DNA from: a virus
Taxonomy: Duplodnaviria; Caudoviricetes
Reading direction: 5' to 3' (one strand)
Length of the DNA: 64,000 bases
Virus record (IMG/VR): IMGVR_UViG_2974621193_000001
Location: 11,688 to 75,687 of that record
Below, in pieces: positions 26,443 through 35,110 of this stretch. Every line of letters starts with the position of its first letter. Position 1 is the stretch's first letter. The notes under the pieces are model-generated. The model ran no database searches and was not told where the DNA came from. It saw nothing but the letters and a program-made list of their open reading frames with translations. The translations under genes were made by a program, and so were the position numbers.

Positions 26443-26901
26443 ATGACCAACAACTTGCCACAGGCGCCCGGTTCGGTGCCGGTTGTCGGGCCGAACATCT
26501 TCAACATCCGCTCGAAGAACGACTTCATCGGGCTGCTGTACTACGTGATCCCGCTCGTCATGGGCATCCTCGTCCTGTACGGAGCGCTCGACAACAACAC
26601 CGCACTCTTCTGGGGTGGCGCAGCCACGTCGCTGATCCAGCTGGTGTTCCAGTACACGCGGACCCAGGAGTTCGCACGCCGAGCGATCTACACCGTTCTG
26701 AACCTGATCAACGCCGGCCTTCTGATCTACGTCGCGGGATGGAGCCCGCAGCACCTCGAGAACCTGATGCCACTCCTGGCCCTCGTCCTGGGCGGCAGCG
26801 CCGCAGGTATCGCCAGCCAGAACGTGAACACCTCCGGTGACGGCACGGTGGTTCGAGTCGTCGAAGGGTCGGTCGTCGGCAACGATCCCCAGCTCGGCTA
26901 G
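26443..26901 (+). CDS. holin-like membrane protein (about 4 TM)
   Basis: SD ggagg + ATG 26443; four hydrophobic segments; precedes the endolysin genes. Confidence 0.7.
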   Translation: MTNNLPQAPGSVPVVGPNIFNIRSKNDFIGLLYYVIPLVMGILVLYGALDNNTALFWGGAATSLIQLVFQYTRTQEFARRAIYTVLNLINAGLLIYVAGWSPQHLENLMPLLALVLGGSAAGIASQNVNTSGDGTVVRVVEGSVVGNDPQLG

Positions 26902-26915
26902 CCGAGAACAAAGCT

Positions 26916-26954
26916 CCAAACGCGGATCAGGTCCCCTCCCTGATCCGCGTTTGG
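26916..26954 (+). terminator. perfect 16-bp stem hairpin between holin and endolysin genes
   Basis: ccaaacgcggatcagg / cctgatccgcgtttgg. Confidence 0.6.
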
Positions 26955-26978
26955 TCTATATACAGCTAGGACAAAGAC

Positions 26979-27302
26979 ATGATTGTCTATCACAGAAACA
27001 ACTACAAGCCGGACTCGTACCCCGAGACCGAGCACCACGTTCGCCAGCACATCTCCTCGGTTGCCAGTCCCTCGGATGATCCCACAGAGTTCTATGACCA
27101 GGTCGAGATCGAGACGAGTGAGATCGACGGTGGCGGCATTCGTGTGTTCGGGCAGCTCGACCGCGATCCCGGCTGCGAGTACACGGTCCCCGAGGACTTC
27201 GAGATGCCCGACGAGTCGCAGTACCAACAGGGCTTCGGTGTCCGCGAGATGACCCCTGAGGAACTGGAGCAGCACCTGATCGAGAAGGAGAACCGCAAGT
27301 GA
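26979..27302 (+). CDS. acidic hypothetical protein in the lysis cassette
   Basis: 107 aa, GC3 bias, GTGA overlap with the amidase gene. Confidence 0.65.
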   Translation: MIVYHRNNYKPDSYPETEHHVRQHISSVASPSDDPTEFYDQVEIETSEIDGGGIRVFGQLDRDPGCEYTVPEDFEMPDESQYQQGFGVREMTPEELEQHLIEKENRK

Positions 27303-27931
27303 ACGGTGTCGCAGTCATCGGCGCTATCGCTCGCCGGTTCACTCAGCTCGGCGGTCGCGCAGTCTACACCAGGGGATGGGAGACTCGAGGTAACGGACAG
27401 TCCCCTGACTACGGCGGCTTGCTCATCCACCACACTGCCGGAGGTCGCAATGTCAACATCGACCAGATCCTCATCAGCGGACGCTGGGACCTCGCTGGCC
27501 CGCTTTGTAACGTCTGTATCATGTATGACGGCGACCTTGGCGTCATCGCTGCGAACCCTGCGAACCACGCTGGCGCAAGCGGCGGCTGGGACACTGCGCC
27601 GTTTGAGAGAACAGGTCTCTTCAACAAGCGGATCATCGGCTGTGAGGTTCAGTACCCCGGCGTCGAGCCGATGGCGAACGTTCAGTACGAGTCCTGCAAG
27701 CGTCTCGCTATTGCCACGATGGAAGTGCTCGGTCGACCCGGCCAGTTCGAGCGGGTGAAGTTCCACCAGGGAACTTCGATCGAGGGCAAGTGGGACCCCG
27801 GCTACGCCAACGGCAAGACCTACGGCATCTCGCAGTTCCGCAAGGACTGCCGTGGTATGCCGCAGGGTGAGGACGAGAACAGCGCCGACTGGCTCGACAA
27901 CTATCGCCAGCTGTTTGGGTACCCAGAATGA
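27299..27931 (+). CDS. endolysin, N-acetylmuramoyl-L-alanine amidase (Amidase_2-like)
   Basis: GLLIHHTAG, IGCEV, VKFHQ...KWDPG zinc-amidase motifs. Confidence 0.85.
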   Translation: MNGVAVIGAIARRFTQLGGRAVYTRGWETRGNGQSPDYGGLLIHHTAGGRNVNIDQILISGRWDLAGPLCNVCIMYDGDLGVIAANPANHAGASGGWDTAPFERTGLFNKRIIGCEVQYPGVEPMANVQYESCKRLAIATMEVLGRPGQFERVKFHQGTSIEGKWDPGYANGKTYGISQFRKDCRGMPQGEDENSADWLDNYRQLFGYPE

Positions 27932-28758
27932 CCACGCGCTACCACCCCCTGAAGAAAGGGTACGTGGTTACCAGCCCGTTCGGGTGGCGAGCATTCGACA
28001 ATGCGGTGCATCAAGGCATCGACTTCGGAGCCTCTAACGGTACCGCCGCCGGATGGGACGTGTTCGCCATACAGGCTGGCACCGTGTTGTATTCCGGTGC
28101 AGCGATCGGCTATGGTGGGCCGGACCCTGCCGGGTGGATCGTGATTGATTCCGACGACTCACAGGGTTCAGGTGTGTTCGAGTACGGGCACATCGTGCGT
28201 GAGGGCTGGGTCAGGCCAGGAGCCAAGGTCGCTGCCGGTCAGAAGATCGGGCGTGTCAATGGAGTACGCGCAACCAACGGTGGAGTCGACCCTCACCTGC
28301 ATGTCTCGTACATGCCCTACGAGTACAACTCGAACAAGAAGAAGGACTTCGCGCCGCTCTTGCGGGAAGCGAAGTACGTGGGCGATGCGCCTGCACCGAC
28401 CCCTGCGCCGGTGCCCAATCAAGGAGGAACTGTGAGTCACGCATCCGATGTACGCATCCAGCTGAGGGGACCAGGCGACAACGGCTGGGCAGCGCTCGCG
28501 CCACAGCCCGACGAGAAGGGCAACCGCTTCAGCATCTTCAAGGGCAAGAACGTCACCGCCCAGACGGTGGTCGAGGGTCTCGCGACCGTGATCTTCGAGC
28601 TCACCTACCGCCTGCCCAATGCGGGACGGGGCTTCGAGAACTACCGCTCGCGCAAGGGAGACACCGTCCTCGGCCTGGCTGGAAACGCAGCCGCCATCGC
28701 CGCTGAGAACCAGGAACTCCTGCGGGACATCCAGCGCAAGCTCGACGCACAGGCGTAA
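27928..28758 (+). CDS. endolysin, M23 peptidase plus C-terminal wall-binding-like domain
   Basis: HQGIDFG (HxxxD) and PHLH (HxH) motifs; Pro-rich linker APAPTPAPVP; ATGA overlap with the amidase. Confidence 0.88.
   Translation: MTTRYHPLKKGYVVTSPFGWRAFDNAVHQGIDFGASNGTAAGWDVFAIQAGTVLYSGAAIGYGGPDPAGWIVIDSDDSQGSGVFEYGHIVREGWVRPGAKVAAGQKIGRVNGVRATNGGVDPHLHVSYMPYEYNSNKKKDFAPLLREAKYVGDAPAPTPAPVPNQGGTVSHASDVRIQLRGPGDNGWAALAPQPDEKGNRFSIFKGKNVTAQTVVEGLATVIFELTYRLPNAGRGFENYRSRKGDTVLGLAGNAAAIAAENQELLRDIQRKLDAQA
28432..28758 (+). CDS. putative internal in-frame translation product (C-terminal domain of the M23 lysin)
   Basis: AAGGAGG at 28421-28427 followed 4 nt later by in-frame GTG at 28432, right after the Pro-rich linker. 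Confidence 0.5.
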   Translation: MSHASDVRIQLRGPGDNGWAALAPQPDEKGNRFSIFKGKNVTAQTVVEGLATVIFELTYRLPNAGRGFENYRSRKGDTVLGLAGNAAAIAAENQELLRDIQRKLDAQA

Positions 28759-28761
28759 CTC

Positions 28762-29208
28762 GTGGCCAGGGGTTTTGGTCCATTCAAGAAAGCCCCGCAG
28801 GCGCCCGACAAGATCGAGGCGCTGCGGGGCTTTCTCGCAATCGAAGCGTACGCTCTGTCTTTGTTTGCAGCCTACTACGGCATACTGACATACAGGTTCG
28901 GCGATAGCCTGTGGCCTCCCAACAGGAGTGCTTTGAATGTTCCGTGGGCACCAGAGTCCTGGGGTACTGCGGTAATCATCATCGCTGTGCTTACCATGAT
29001 AGCCTCCTCGCGGAGGTTGAAGTGGTCTAAGTACGTGTCATGGACAATGAGAACGATGTGTCTGGTATGGGGAACCTTCTCTATCACGTTCTTCGTTGAC
29101 ATCACGAACGGCGCGCCGCCAACCGCTTACCCGCCAATGGGAACGTACCTCCTCCTGGCGGTGGTGTGCGCAAACAGAGCTAGCCTGGAGGATCAATGGA
29201 GAGAATGA
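28762..29208 (+). CDS. membrane protein (about 4 TM), lysis-associated
   Basis: Hydrophobic segments; immediately downstream of the lysins. Confidence 0.65.
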   Translation: MARGFGPFKKAPQAPDKIEALRGFLAIEAYALSLFAAYYGILTYRFGDSLWPPNRSALNVPWAPESWGTAVIIIAVLTMIASSRRLKWSKYVSWTMRTMCLVWGTFSITFFVDITNGAPPTAYPPMGTYLLLAVVCANRASLEDQWRE

Positions 29209-29747
29209 AGCGCGCCATACGTGCTGGCGCAGGTGCATTTCGCAAGTCATTACGAGCTGTATTTGGTCACACGAGGATCGTTGCTTCAGGCTCATACCCG
29301 CTGTACAGACTCATCTGTCTGCTGGGGATTGTATCAGCTGTGCTCACGTTCGCATACAGGTCGTGGCCAGCATCGTTTACAGAAACAACCGACGGCAATA
29401 TGGCTGCGGGAATCTTGTTCTCTACGATGCAGCTAGTTGGCTGTATCGCGGTTCTTGTGGGCATGTACTTCCATGCGGACTCTGACCCGCTGCCCTCGAA
29501 GGTTCAGACATCACTGGCAATCGAGCGGTTTGGGACTTGGCTTCTGATTCCAGTGATCGCGGTGTACACATACGGAGTTATCAAGTCGAACGGCGGACCG
29601 CCAACTACCTGGGCGACGCTAGCCTTGTTTGCCTTCGGTATTTACCTGGTGCTCCGGTCAATCGAGATCAAGGGAGCACTCGAGGAGGTGCAGCGTCCGA
29701 TTGAGGAATGCCAGGGACACGACTGCAAGGAGCTGAGGAGTGAATGA
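29205..29747 (+). CDS. membrane protein (about 4 TM), lysis-associated
   Basis: ATGA overlap at 29205; four hydrophobic segments. Confidence 0.65.
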   Translation: MKRAIRAGAGAFRKSLRAVFGHTRIVASGSYPLYRLICLLGIVSAVLTFAYRSWPASFTETTDGNMAAGILFSTMQLVGCIAVLVGMYFHADSDPLPSKVQTSLAIERFGTWLLIPVIAVYTYGVIKSNGGPPTTWATLALFAFGIYLVLRSIEIKGALEEVQRPIEECQGHDCKELRSE

Positions 29748-30072
29748 CATCATCACTTTGCTGCTTGGCGGGGGGCTTGCCGCGAGTGTCATCGAAGCAA
29801 TCAAGTTCGTTACAACACGCCGACAGGTAAAGCGCAAGGATGAAGCCGCATCCCAGAACGAGGAAGCCTCAGCTCAGGCAACCATCGGTGGGGCGTGGAA
29901 AGATCTTTGGCAGACCAACGATCAGTGGAATCAGAAGATCAACGATCTACTGAACAAGGAAAGGGAGAAGGGCGAGCTGTACGTGGACATCATCCAAGAT
30001 GCAGCCGACCTTCTCCCTCCCGAGGAAGCTGATCCGATTCTCGACCGCATGTACGCGGTGCGTCGGACCTAG
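29740..30072 (+). CDS. membrane-anchored coiled-coil protein
   Basis: N-terminal IITLLLGGGLAASVIEAI anchor then charged helix; last + strand gene. Confidence 0.65.
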   Translation: MNDIITLLLGGGLAASVIEAIKFVTTRRQVKRKDEAASQNEEASAQATIGGAWKDLWQTNDQWNQKINDLLNKEREKGELYVDIIQDAADLLPPEEADPILDRMYAVRRT

Positions 30073-30308
30073 TATTCAGAGTCCATACGATGGCGAGGCC
30101 GGGGGGTCTCGTCTCGCACAAGCGGGCCACGGCGGCTGAAGTCGTGGCCCGCTTCCTCTGTGCAGGGCTTTTCGGTACCTTCGAGGTGTCCGCAATAGCT
30201 GCAATACTTCTTCATAACTGTCACCCCCAATACCTTGTTGAGGAACCATCCCAGTGTAAACATGCCTCCGATGATGCAGGCGTACAGGATGAATGCATAC
30301 CAGTTCAT
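30069..30308 (-). CDS. small membrane protein with CxxC motif
   Basis: N-terminal TM, YCSYCGH; 79 aa. Confidence 0.55.
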   Translation of the reverse strand: MNWYAFILYACIIGGMFTLGWFLNKVLGVTVMKKYCSYCGHLEGTEKPCTEEAGHDFSRRGPLVRDETPRPRHRMDSEY

Positions 30309-30310
30309 TA

Positions 30311-31513
30311 CTACTCCTTGATGAGCCGCTTCACAACCTTGGGCTTCGGCTCGCCGATACTCTCCTGGACGGACGACCGAAGCCTTGACTTCTGGGCTGC
30401 ATTCAGGGCGTTCCCGTTCAGGAGCTTGTCGATTTCACTGTTGTTGATCTTGCCGAGTGATGCGAAGAGGTTGTCGCCGATGATCTCCCGTACCGTAGCG
30501 GGGTCATAAGACTTCCTGCGGGACGACTTGAACGTGACATGGAAGTCGTCAGTGTCGTACTCGATCTCATCTGAAGCCATAGCATCTTCAAGCAACTTCT
30601 CCATCACTTCTTCCATCGCATACTTGATAGCCTTCTGCGCACCCTCGAGTTCAGAGTAACGCTTCGCCATCTCGTTTCGATCGCCAGCCAGGGCCATGAC
30701 GCCGCCCGCTTGAACATTCTTCACGAGCGTCGGGCACGTAGCTTTCACTACGCAGAACTGGCATTCGGAGTTGAGCGTGCGCTTGCCGGGGGCTGGCTCG
30801 GCAATGATACGCTCGGCAACCTTGCGAACGTACTTCCAGGTGGCTACGTTGTCATCTCGGGTGAACTTCACCTCGACCGGATCGTACCGGAGCTGATCGA
30901 AGCACACCCAAATCTCGTCCGCGTTGAGCTCGAACCCAAGCTCCTTGGCGATCTCCGCCTTGGCCAGCATGATCGCCAGTCCGTACAGTCGACCCTGCGC
31001 CTTCTGTCGCAGTGCCTGCGGAGTGAGGTGCTGGCGCCAGGTCTTGTAGTCCACGACGCGGACGATAGTCTTGCCGTCCTCTTCGAACATGTCGAGCCGG
31101 TCGAAGATGAAGGTGTACGGAACCTCGCCGATAGAGGTCTTGATGGTCACCCGAATCTTGCGCTCGACCATGAGCACCTGCACCTTATCGAGATCGGTGC
31201 GCCCAAACCAGCGTTCGAGCATGTCGATGCCGTCGTTGTACAGATCATCCTTGGTGTCTGGAATGCGCATGAACTGCTTCATAAACTCTTGCTTGAAATA
31301 AGCAACGAGTACATTCCAGTCCATGTCTCGGGTCTTGTCCAGGTAAACTTCCTGAACGATACGCTCTAGAGCGTCATGCACGGCGGTACCCAGCTTAGCT
31401 GGCTCCGAGCTACCTCCTGGACTCGGCGTGCGCTCGACCATCTCGGCGTGGTATCGAAAGGTACAACCCTCGAACACCTGGATGGACGATGCCGAGATGG
31501 TTCTGAGTTCCAC
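30311..31513 (-). CDS. Cas4/RecB-like PD-(D/E)xK exonuclease
   Basis: ISASSIQVFEGC, LGTAVHDALE, DRLD, VVDYKT, Q.RLY, CQFCVVKATCP; GTG at 31513 overlaps the WhiB TAG, with SD gagggg. Confidence 0.85.
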   Translation of the reverse strand: MELRTISASSIQVFEGCTFRYHAEMVERTPSPGGSSEPAKLGTAVHDALERIVQEVYLDKTRDMDWNVLVAYFKQEFMKQFMRIPDTKDDLYNDGIDMLERWFGRTDLDKVQVLMVERKIRVTIKTSIGEVPYTFIFDRLDMFEEDGKTIVRVVDYKTWRQHLTPQALRQKAQGRLYGLAIMLAKAEIAKELGFELNADEIWVCFDQLRYDPVEVKFTRDDNVATWKYVRKVAERIIAEPAPGKRTLNSECQFCVVKATCPTLVKNVQAGGVMALAGDRNEMAKRYSELEGAQKAIKYAMEEVMEKLLEDAMASDEIEYDTDDFHVTFKSSRRKSYDPATVREIIGDNLFASLGKINNSEIDKLLNGNALNAAQKSRLRSSVQESIGEPKPKVVKRLIKE

Positions 31514-31926
31514 TACTTGCTTCCCCTCTTCGTTGTTATGCCGCCCCAAATACCGTCGGTCGAACCAGTGCGCTCGCGATAGTCAAGGCACTCGAGTCTT
31601 ACTGGGCAGCTCATGCATATCTTCTTCGCACGGTTGGCGCGGGCGGCTTGGCCCCGGCCAGGGAAGAAGGCGTCAGGATCGTGATACCCTACACAGAGGG
31701 CGCGGCGGGTCCACTCTTCGGGGGCGAGACTGAAGGAGGCTTCGGGGGCGTCGGCGCCTGGGTCTCCGTACTCTTCTCCTTCTCCGCAGTCGCAAGGCTC
31801 TCCGGTTCGGTCGGGTCGAAGAGCGAGGGCTGCGCAGATTCCGTTGCACCTAAAGGGCGGCGCCCCCCGGACATCTCGAGCTCGAAAGCCGTCGTCGGCT
31901 CTTCGCCATCGAGCAGTTCGTCGGCG
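31513..31926 (-). CDS. whiB: WhiB-family Fe-S transcription factor domain; frame lacks a canonical start codon
   Basis: EEWTRRALCVGYHDPDAFFPGRGQAARANRAKKICMSCPVRLECLDY...DGIWGG has all four WhiB Cys and the GIWGG turn. Missing from the ORF track; frame open 31926-31513 with no ATG/GTG/TTG before the internal Met at 31614. Confidence 0.8.
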   Translation of the reverse strand, partial: RRRTARWRRADDGFRARDVRGAPPFRCNGICAALALRPDRTGEPCDCGEGEEYGDPGADAPEASFSLAPEEWTRRALCVGYHDPDAFFPGRGQAARANRAKKICMSCPVRLECLDYRERTGSTDGIWGGITTKRGSK

Positions 31927-32111
31927 TCAGCTTGCGCATCAGCCTTGGCCTTCTGCTCCGACTGGAATGCCGTCTGCTGGAGGTGCTGCTCGAAGGCGGT
32001 CTGTGTCGGGGCTTTGGCTCGGAAGTCTTGGAACCCTTCCTGATCCATGCCACCGCGTACCGGGTGCAACTCGTTGGGACCAGCGGGCATTTTGAACTGC
32101 GGTTCAGTCAC
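31689..32111 (-). CDS. acidic hypothetical protein overlapping the WhiB frame; contains QPSLF
   Basis: SD aaggag + GTG 32111; GC3 bias. Confidence 0.65.
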   Translation of the reverse strand: MTEPQFKMPAGPNELHPVRGGMDQEGFQDFRAKAPTQTAFEQHLQQTAFQSEQKAKADAQADADELLDGEEPTTAFELEMSGGRRPLGATESAQPSLFDPTEPESLATAEKEKSTETQAPTPPKPPSVSPPKSGPAAPSV

Positions 32112-32171
32112 TGCGTTCTCCTTGTAGGTGGTGCTAGGCGTGTTCCGATACGTTAGCATACCGCACGGGAA

Positions 32172-32303
32172 TCAACCCGCGAATGCGGCGCGGCGCTCCA
32201 CGATGTCCCAGAAATACTCTTGCATGAAGGCGGTGACCATGATCTTGGCCCGCCTCTCCGGCGAGGTCCACCAGTGCTGCTTGTGCTTGTGTCGTCTGAA
32301 CAT
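32172..32303 (-). CDS. small hypothetical protein
   Basis: ATG overlaps upstream TAA; MFRRHKHKQHWW..., 43 aa. Confidence 0.55.
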   Translation of the reverse strand: MFRRHKHKQHWWTSPERRAKIMVTAFMQEYFWDIVERRAAFAG

Positions 32304-32683
32304 TACTTCGCTTTCGATACGCCCGACGGCCCCTTTGGGGGGCGACGGTTTGGCCCTGGGGGAGGGTTGTGTGTGGGGAACTTGAACAAGGTGAAGCGTC
32401 CGTTGATATTGATATTGCGACTGTTCATGTACTTCTTGCGCAGTCGCCTGGCCTTGCGACGATCTCGCCAGGTCATCTCCGACTCGTGCCACCATTCGCC
32501 CTTGGCGATGAACACTGACCCGCACTCGGGGCACAGCCAGAACGAATCACGCGGAGCCTTGGGCTCAAAGAACGGGTGCCACAGTCCGAACTCGTCTTCA
32601 GCTTTGTCGCCCCACGTTGGCGGCTTGCAGTTCTCGCCTGGGTAGCGCTCTACCTTCTTTTCGGGTGACCATACGATAGGCAT
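32303..32683 (-). CDS. hypothetical protein with CPECG Zn motif and basic tail
   Basis: ATG 32683 two nt after the upstream stop; track ORF trimmed. Confidence 0.55.
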   Translation of the reverse strand: MPIVWSPEKKVERYPGENCKPPTWGDKAEDEFGLWHPFFEPKAPRDSFWLCPECGSVFIAKGEWWHESEMTWRDRRKARRLRKKYMNSRNININGRFTLFKFPTHNPPPGPNRRPPKGPSGVSKAK

Positions 32684-32685
32684 GA

Positions 32686-32781
32686 TTACTTCCAAGCGGA
32701 GACAGCCAGGCCCACGCAGATAGCTGCGACGAGCATCAGCACACTCAGCTTGAGGACCACGCCCCATGTCAACCAGTCCAT
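32686..32781 (-). CDS. 31-aa membrane peptide
   Basis: MDWLTWGVVLKLSVLMLVAAICVGLAVSAWK; TAATG coupling. Confidence 0.55.
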   Translation of the reverse strand: MDWLTWGVVLKLSVLMLVAAICVGLAVSAWK

Positions 32782-32915
32782 TACAACCTCCCCATCTTTC
32801 GTAGTCGTTCGATCTCGAACACGCCGAGCTGTCGCCAGCCCGACATGCGCTTCCAGTGGGAGCCGCAGACGGGGCACTCAACTACAGTGCCCTCGTCCTC
32901 GGTCTCCCGTGCCAT
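32781..32915 (-). CDS. 44-aa Zn-ribbon protein (not in ORF track)
   Basis: MARETEDEGTVVECPVCGSHWKRMSGW...; stop coupled to next start. Confidence 0.55.
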   Translation of the reverse strand: MARETEDEGTVVECPVCGSHWKRMSGWRQLGVFEIERLRKMGRL

Positions 32916-32934
32916 GACTACTTCATCACAGCAC

Positions 32935-33657
32935 TTACGTGTAGTCGGCGAACATGTCATCGCCTTCTTCCTCCAGCTTCCGTGCGGACTCGAGGAAGTT
33001 GCGCTCGTCTAGCTCGATCGCAACGGCATTGCGACCACAGTTGCGAGCGGCTCGCACGAGGCTTCCAGACCCTCCGAATGGGTCCACCAGGAACCCGCCC
33101 TCCTGGGTGGAGTGCTTGATAAGAGTCTCCAGCAGAGCCGGTGGCTTCTCGTGCGGATGAATGAGCTCATTCGGCCGGAGCTGCGAGAAATGCAGTACAC
33201 CGTTGCGCCGCTTGGCGTAGCGAGGCGCACGACCCTTCTTGAAGAAGATGATGAACTCGTGACCCTGTCCCCATGATTCCAGATCGCCCATTCCAGGACC
33301 ATCCTTCTCCCATACCAGGACAGCCTTGCGAACGAAGCCGAACTGCGCACAGAACTCATCGAGCATGACCAGCCAGTCCGAGAGAACCTGGTACGCAGTG
33401 AAGACGTAGAGGTCGCAGTCTGGCTTGGTCTTGGTGAGCAGGACGGACATGACCTCCTTGAACACCTTGATTGCAACCTCGGGGGACTCGTCATTGGCGA
33501 TCTTCCGTGCATACTTCTTGCCGCCCTCCGTGACGGCCATGTTGGAGAGGTTGTCGACTCCGAATGGAGGGTCGGTGATGATGCAATCGACCGACCCTTC
33601 CTTGAAGCGCTGGCACATCTCGACGGAATCGCCATGCCAGATCTGATGAATCTTCAT
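32935..33657 (-). CDS. DNA N6-adenine/N4-cytosine methyltransferase (beta class), orphan
   Basis: CIITDPPFG (motif IV), HPHEKP, LVDPFGGSGS (motif I); no adjacent restriction nuclease recognised. Confidence 0.88.
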   Translation of the reverse strand: MKIHQIWHGDSVEMCQRFKEGSVDCIITDPPFGVDNLSNMAVTEGGKKYARKIANDESPEVAIKVFKEVMSVLLTKTKPDCDLYVFTAYQVLSDWLVMLDEFCAQFGFVRKAVLVWEKDGPGMGDLESWGQGHEFIIFFKKGRAPRYAKRRNGVLHFSQLRPNELIHPHEKPPALLETLIKHSTQEGGFLVDPFGGSGSLVRAARNCGRNAVAIELDERNFLESARKLEEEGDDMFADYT

Positions 33658-33748
33658 ATCACCTTCTCGCTGTGAGTAATAAGTGCCGGCCTTGCCCCTA
33701 CCGGCTCGCGTGCACCCTTATGTTCCACTTTGCACACCGCCCCACGTG

Positions 33749-34027
33749 TCAGTCGTCGATCTCGATCTCTTCGTCCTCTTCGATCTCGAGCCCTTCGAGC
33801 TTGACGAGCTGGATCATGCCGCCGAACTGCTCGGTGAGGGGCTCGAAGACCTCGGGGTCCAGGTTCTCGATGAAGTCCTCGACGGTCGAGGTGGCGACCT
33901 CGACCTTCTGATCAGTGGTCAGCTCGTCGGTGTCCTCGATGTCGTTCTCGGTCATGACATCTTCGAGGAAGTCATCGTCGAGAACGACGGCACCGTCAGC
34001 GACCTCGATTTTGATGGTCAGAATCAT
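33749..34027 (-). CDS. highly acidic hypothetical protein
   Basis: SD aggagg + ATG 34027. Confidence 0.65.
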   Translation of the reverse strand: MILTIKIEVADGAVVLDDDFLEDVMTENDIEDTDELTTDQKVEVATSTVEDFIENLDPEVFEPLTEQFGGMIQLVKLEGLEIEEDEEIEIDD

Positions 34028-34028
34028 T

Positions 34029-34256
34029 TCAGTTACCTCCTGTGTTGGTTGCGATCTCTTCGATTGATGAGACCTTGACGGTGACATCGCCACCGAAGTT
34101 GTAGATGACATCTTCGAGCGCGACCTCGCCGGCCTCGAACATGTCCAGGTCGTACTGGACCGCCTGCTCCAGCGTGGTGACGGGCTGGTCGGCGCACTTG
34201 TAGTGATCGAGGTCGATCTTGGGCTCGTCGATCTCGATGGTCAGGTTGATCTTCAC
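34029..34256 (-). CDS. acidic hypothetical protein
   Basis: 75 aa; start overlaps the upstream stop. Confidence 0.6.
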   Translation of the reverse strand: MKINLTIEIDEPKIDLDHYKCADQPVTTLEQAVQYDLDMFEAGEVALEDVIYNFGGDVTVKVSSIEEIATNTGGN

Positions 34257-35110
34257 TAGGACTCCTCGGGTTCCTGTGCCTGGAGCTTGCTCCAGATGTC
34301 AGCGGCGATCCACTCGGGAACAGTCTTCTTCCCGATCTTGTACTTACCGTACGAGGTGTGGACGTTGCTGGTGATGTAGTTGATCCCCCGATCAACGGTT
34401 CGCCTGAACTTCGACCTGAAGCGCAGGAGTCCCCCCAGTCCCCGGTATCCGTACTCGTCGCGTATCTTCTTCTGGAAGCTCGCGCTGTTGAGTACGGCCA
34501 ATGAGTATCCGATCCAGCCCCGAACGTCACCAACCCAGAACTTGTTGGTGAACACACTGATCTCCTGGAACAGATCAGTGCCCGGATCGGAGCTGGCGAT
34601 GATGTCGCCGGGTGCGCAGAACTGATACACCCGATTGTGTGCCCAGCGAAAGTCTCCGCGCGGCCCGGTGATACCCTGTCCGCCAGGATCGGTGCCGATG
34701 ATCTGATTGTGATTGCGGCGCGGGTCGGAGATTCCGTAGTAAGCGACGATGTCGAATGCAGTCAAGTCCATGTCGTCACCAAGTACCCACTCCATGAACA
34801 CGTCGCCAGCGATCGTCGCTCCCTGTGAGTACCCGACAAGGAAGATCGGCGCGCCCGGCGGCACCGCCTTGAGCATAGACCTGAGGTTGCGCCTTCCCTT
34901 GGCAACCGACGATTCGTAGCTCGCCTTGTCCCCATAGCCCGAGGTGTATGGCACCGACCAGTGGGTGATGTGCCAGTCATGCCTGATGCTTGCAAGCAGC
35001 TCTCCGAGCTCGCGATGAACCAGGGCGGTCATCCCGGTGGGCGGCAGCGGGTTGGGAGAGTCCTTGGTCTCCCAGGTGCCGGGCACCGAGATTATGTAGG
35101 CCTCCCTCAT
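34256..35110 (-). CDS. lysin B-like alpha/beta hydrolase (cutinase-like serine esterase)
   Basis: IISVPGTWE, FLVGYSQGA (GxSxG), SDPRR, YQFCAPGDII, HTSY. Confidence 0.78.
   Translation of the reverse strand: MREAYIISVPGTWETKDSPNPLPPTGMTALVHRELGELLASIRHDWHITHWSVPYTSGYGDKASYESSVAKGRRNLRSMLKAVPPGAPIFLVGYSQGATIAGDVFMEWVLGDDMDLTAFDIVAYYGISDPRRNHNQIIGTDPGGQGITGPRGDFRWAHNRVYQFCAPGDIIASSDPGTDLFQEISVFTNKFWVGDVRGWIGYSLAVLNSASFQKKIRDEYGYRGLGGLLRFRSKFRRTVDRGINYITSNVHTSYGKYKIGKKTVPEWIAADIWSKLQAQEPEES

Noticed and set aside
30311-31513. Cas4-like nuclease as part of a CRISPR-Cas system
   Set aside because: Stand-alone Cas4/RecB-like nucleases are common phage recombination genes; no cas1/cas2 or array seen.
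32935-33657. Methyltransferase as part of a restriction-modification system
   Set aside because: No neighbouring restriction endonuclease; orphan phage methyltransferases are common.
33749-34256. Adjacent acidic genes as a tandem duplication
   Set aside because: Similarity is limited to the first ~10 residues (LTIxIExxD/E) and composition; too weak to claim.
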